DNA from: Octopus sinensis
Taxonomy: Eukaryota
Reading direction: 5' to 3'
Length of the DNA stretch: 8,885 bases
NCBI RefSeq assembly: GCF_006345805.1
Contig: NW_021828121.1
Span: 1-8,885, forward strand
The notes beneath the pieces were generated by a model. It was given only the letters and a program-made list of their open reading frames with translations. It was not told where the DNA came from and did no database searches. Each line of letters begins with the position of its first letter. Position 1 is the stretch's first letter. Shown here piece after piece: positions 7,373-8,885 of this stretch. The position numbers and the translations under genes are program-made.

Positions 7373-7559
7373 GTTACACTATTGCCGGTTAAATGATAGC
7401 ATCCTCCTTAATTCTCGTACAGTGTACACTTCGTCTTGTCTACAGACTGCTTTAGTAGCCATGTCGATTTTTCATCTATGGTAAGGGGCAACTAGTCTCT
7501 TGGTCATTACTTCTCTATTTCTGGGGGCGAGGAAACGCAGGCTATATGTGGTCCCGTGT

Positions 7560-7795
7560 TAAGGCGGCGAGCTGGCAGAAACGTTAGCACGCCGGGCGAA
7601 ATGCGTAGCCGTATTTCGTCTGTCGTTACGTTCTGAGTTCAAATTCCGCCGAGGTCGACTTTGCCTTTCATCCTTTCGGGGTCAATAAATTAAGTACCAG
7701 TTACGCACTGGTGTCGATGTAATCGACTTTATCCGTTTGTCTGTCCTTGTTTGTCCCCTCTGTGTTTAGCCCCTTGTGGGTAGTAAAAAGAAATA
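7560..7795 (+). mobile_element. Young, intact SINE family A monomer with a perfect 17-bp target-site duplication
   Basis: TATATGTGGTCCCGTGT at 7543-7559 and 7796-7812 flanks the element; B box GAGTTCAAATTCC at 7635-47. Confidence 0.97.
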
Positions 7796-7860
7796 TATAT
7801 GTGGTCCCGTGTCATGTATATGCGTGCAGTCATGCATAAATACAAATATACATGCTTATA

Positions 7861-8272
7861 TACTCTTTACTCTTTTACACTTTTACTTGTTTCAGTCATT
7901 TGAGCGCGGTCATTGCTGGAGCACCGCATTTAGTCGAGCAAATCGACCCCAGTACTTATTCTATCGGCCTCTTTTGCCGAACCACTACGGGGATGTAAAC
8001 ACACCACCATCGGTTGTCAAGCGATGTTGGGGAGACAAGCAGAGACACACAAACAAACACACACAAACACACACACACACACACACCACACACACACACA
8101 ACACACCACACACACATATATATTATATATATACACATATATAAACGGGTCTTTCAGTTTCCGTCGACCAAATCCATTCACAAGGCTTTGGTCGGCCTGA
8201 TGCTTTAGTAGAAGACACTTGCCCATGTGGTTGGTAAGCAAGCCACTTACTACATAGCCACTCATGCGCCTA
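7861..8272 (-). mobile_element. SINE family B on the minus strand, with an expanded internal (CA)n tract and a 33-nt deletion removing the B box
   Basis: Reverse-complement match to 4550-4960, from the tail (TACTCTTTACTCTTTTAC...TTGTTTCAGTCATTTG) to the head (CTCATGCGCCTA). Confidence 0.93.
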
Positions 8273-8287
8273 TGCATACCTCCCTAT

Positions 8288-8290
8288 ATG

Positions 8291-8326
<36 letters not shown>

Positions 8327-8330
8327 TATA
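8288..8330. repeat. (TA)n microsatellite
   Basis: Read directly. Confidence 0.95.
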
Positions 8331-8857
8331 CCTATATAACTTCATGCATGCATTCATACTCTTTTACTGGTTCTATGTAGTTGACAGTTGATTCAAGGAA
8401 AGGCTGAGAGAGAGAGATAAAGCGAGAGAGAAAGAAATAGGAACAGACAAGTATACCCTATTAGTTGTAATTACACTCCGGCACAAACGTCCTCGTGATA
8501 GAAAGTATTCAATTTAGAGTGAATGTGAGGAGTGGGGGGAAAGAACCGACCTCACTACATGATGGGCATTATATTTATCAGCTTCATTAAGAGATATGAA
8601 CAAAGACCATAGTGTACCAGCACAAATAACTAACCAACGCCCTAAAAAATCTGGCATTCCGCTGCCTGCGGTACTGCCAATACTTATTCTATTGATTCAA
8701 AGAATATCATGAATCGAGGGAATGTATTCTAAAATCTGTGATGATCTGCGTTTCCCATTTTTGCCAATTCTATAGATGTTATATTACATTTATTACATTC
8801 CCTCCACCACAATAAGAGTCAGGTATTGTGCTCCGATGAAGCCAATATTGGCGAGGT

Positions 8858-8885
8858 AAGGACGGCGAGCTGGCAGAATCGTTAG
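8858..8885 (+). mobile_element. 5' end of a further SINE family A copy, cut by the window edge
   Basis: AAGGACGGCGAGCTGGCAGAATCGTTAG matches the family A head. Confidence 0.85.

Noticed and set aside
160-8277. All ORFs in the supplied six-frame track as protein-coding genes
   Set aside because: They are short (60-123 aa) and fall in microsatellites (poly-I/V/T/M/P, HT or CV repeats), inside SINEs (e.g. 4601-4918 and 7776-8144 are alike because both are family B), or in AT-rich spacer. I recognise no domain.
8776-8855. Possible 80-nt exon (TTCTATAG acceptor, GAG|GTAAG donor)
   Set aside because: The donor's AAG is supplied by the 5' end of the adjacent SINE, and the open frames give no recognisable peptide.
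1-8885. CRISPR array or prokaryotic operon/defence system
   Set aside because: There are no regularly spaced repeats with unique spacers and no dense coding sequence; the window is eukaryotic repeat-rich DNA.

Overview
AT-rich, repeat-dense eukaryotic DNA with no credible protein-coding gene; every ORF in the track lies in microsatellite, SINE or low-information sequence. The content matches what I recall of octopus (coleoid cephalopod) genomes, which is an inference and not a database result. Three tRNA-headed SINE families (called A, B and C here) occur as about 12 full or partial copies among di-, tri- and tetranucleotide microsatellites. Four things stand out. (1) A lone, diverged 5S rRNA copy (4421-4537) sits 12 nt upstream of a full-length SINE, and the pair is bracketed by a possible 7-bp target-site duplication, so it may be a 5S-SINE chimeric retrocopy. 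(2) A 205-bp, ~99% identical copy of non-SINE sequence from 3 kb upstream has been pasted into an old SINE, replacing ~25 nt, which looks like a templated repair insertion. (3) Two SINE dimers share the same hairpin-associated junction. (4) Several deletions are bounded by microhomology, two of them removing SINE hairpins.
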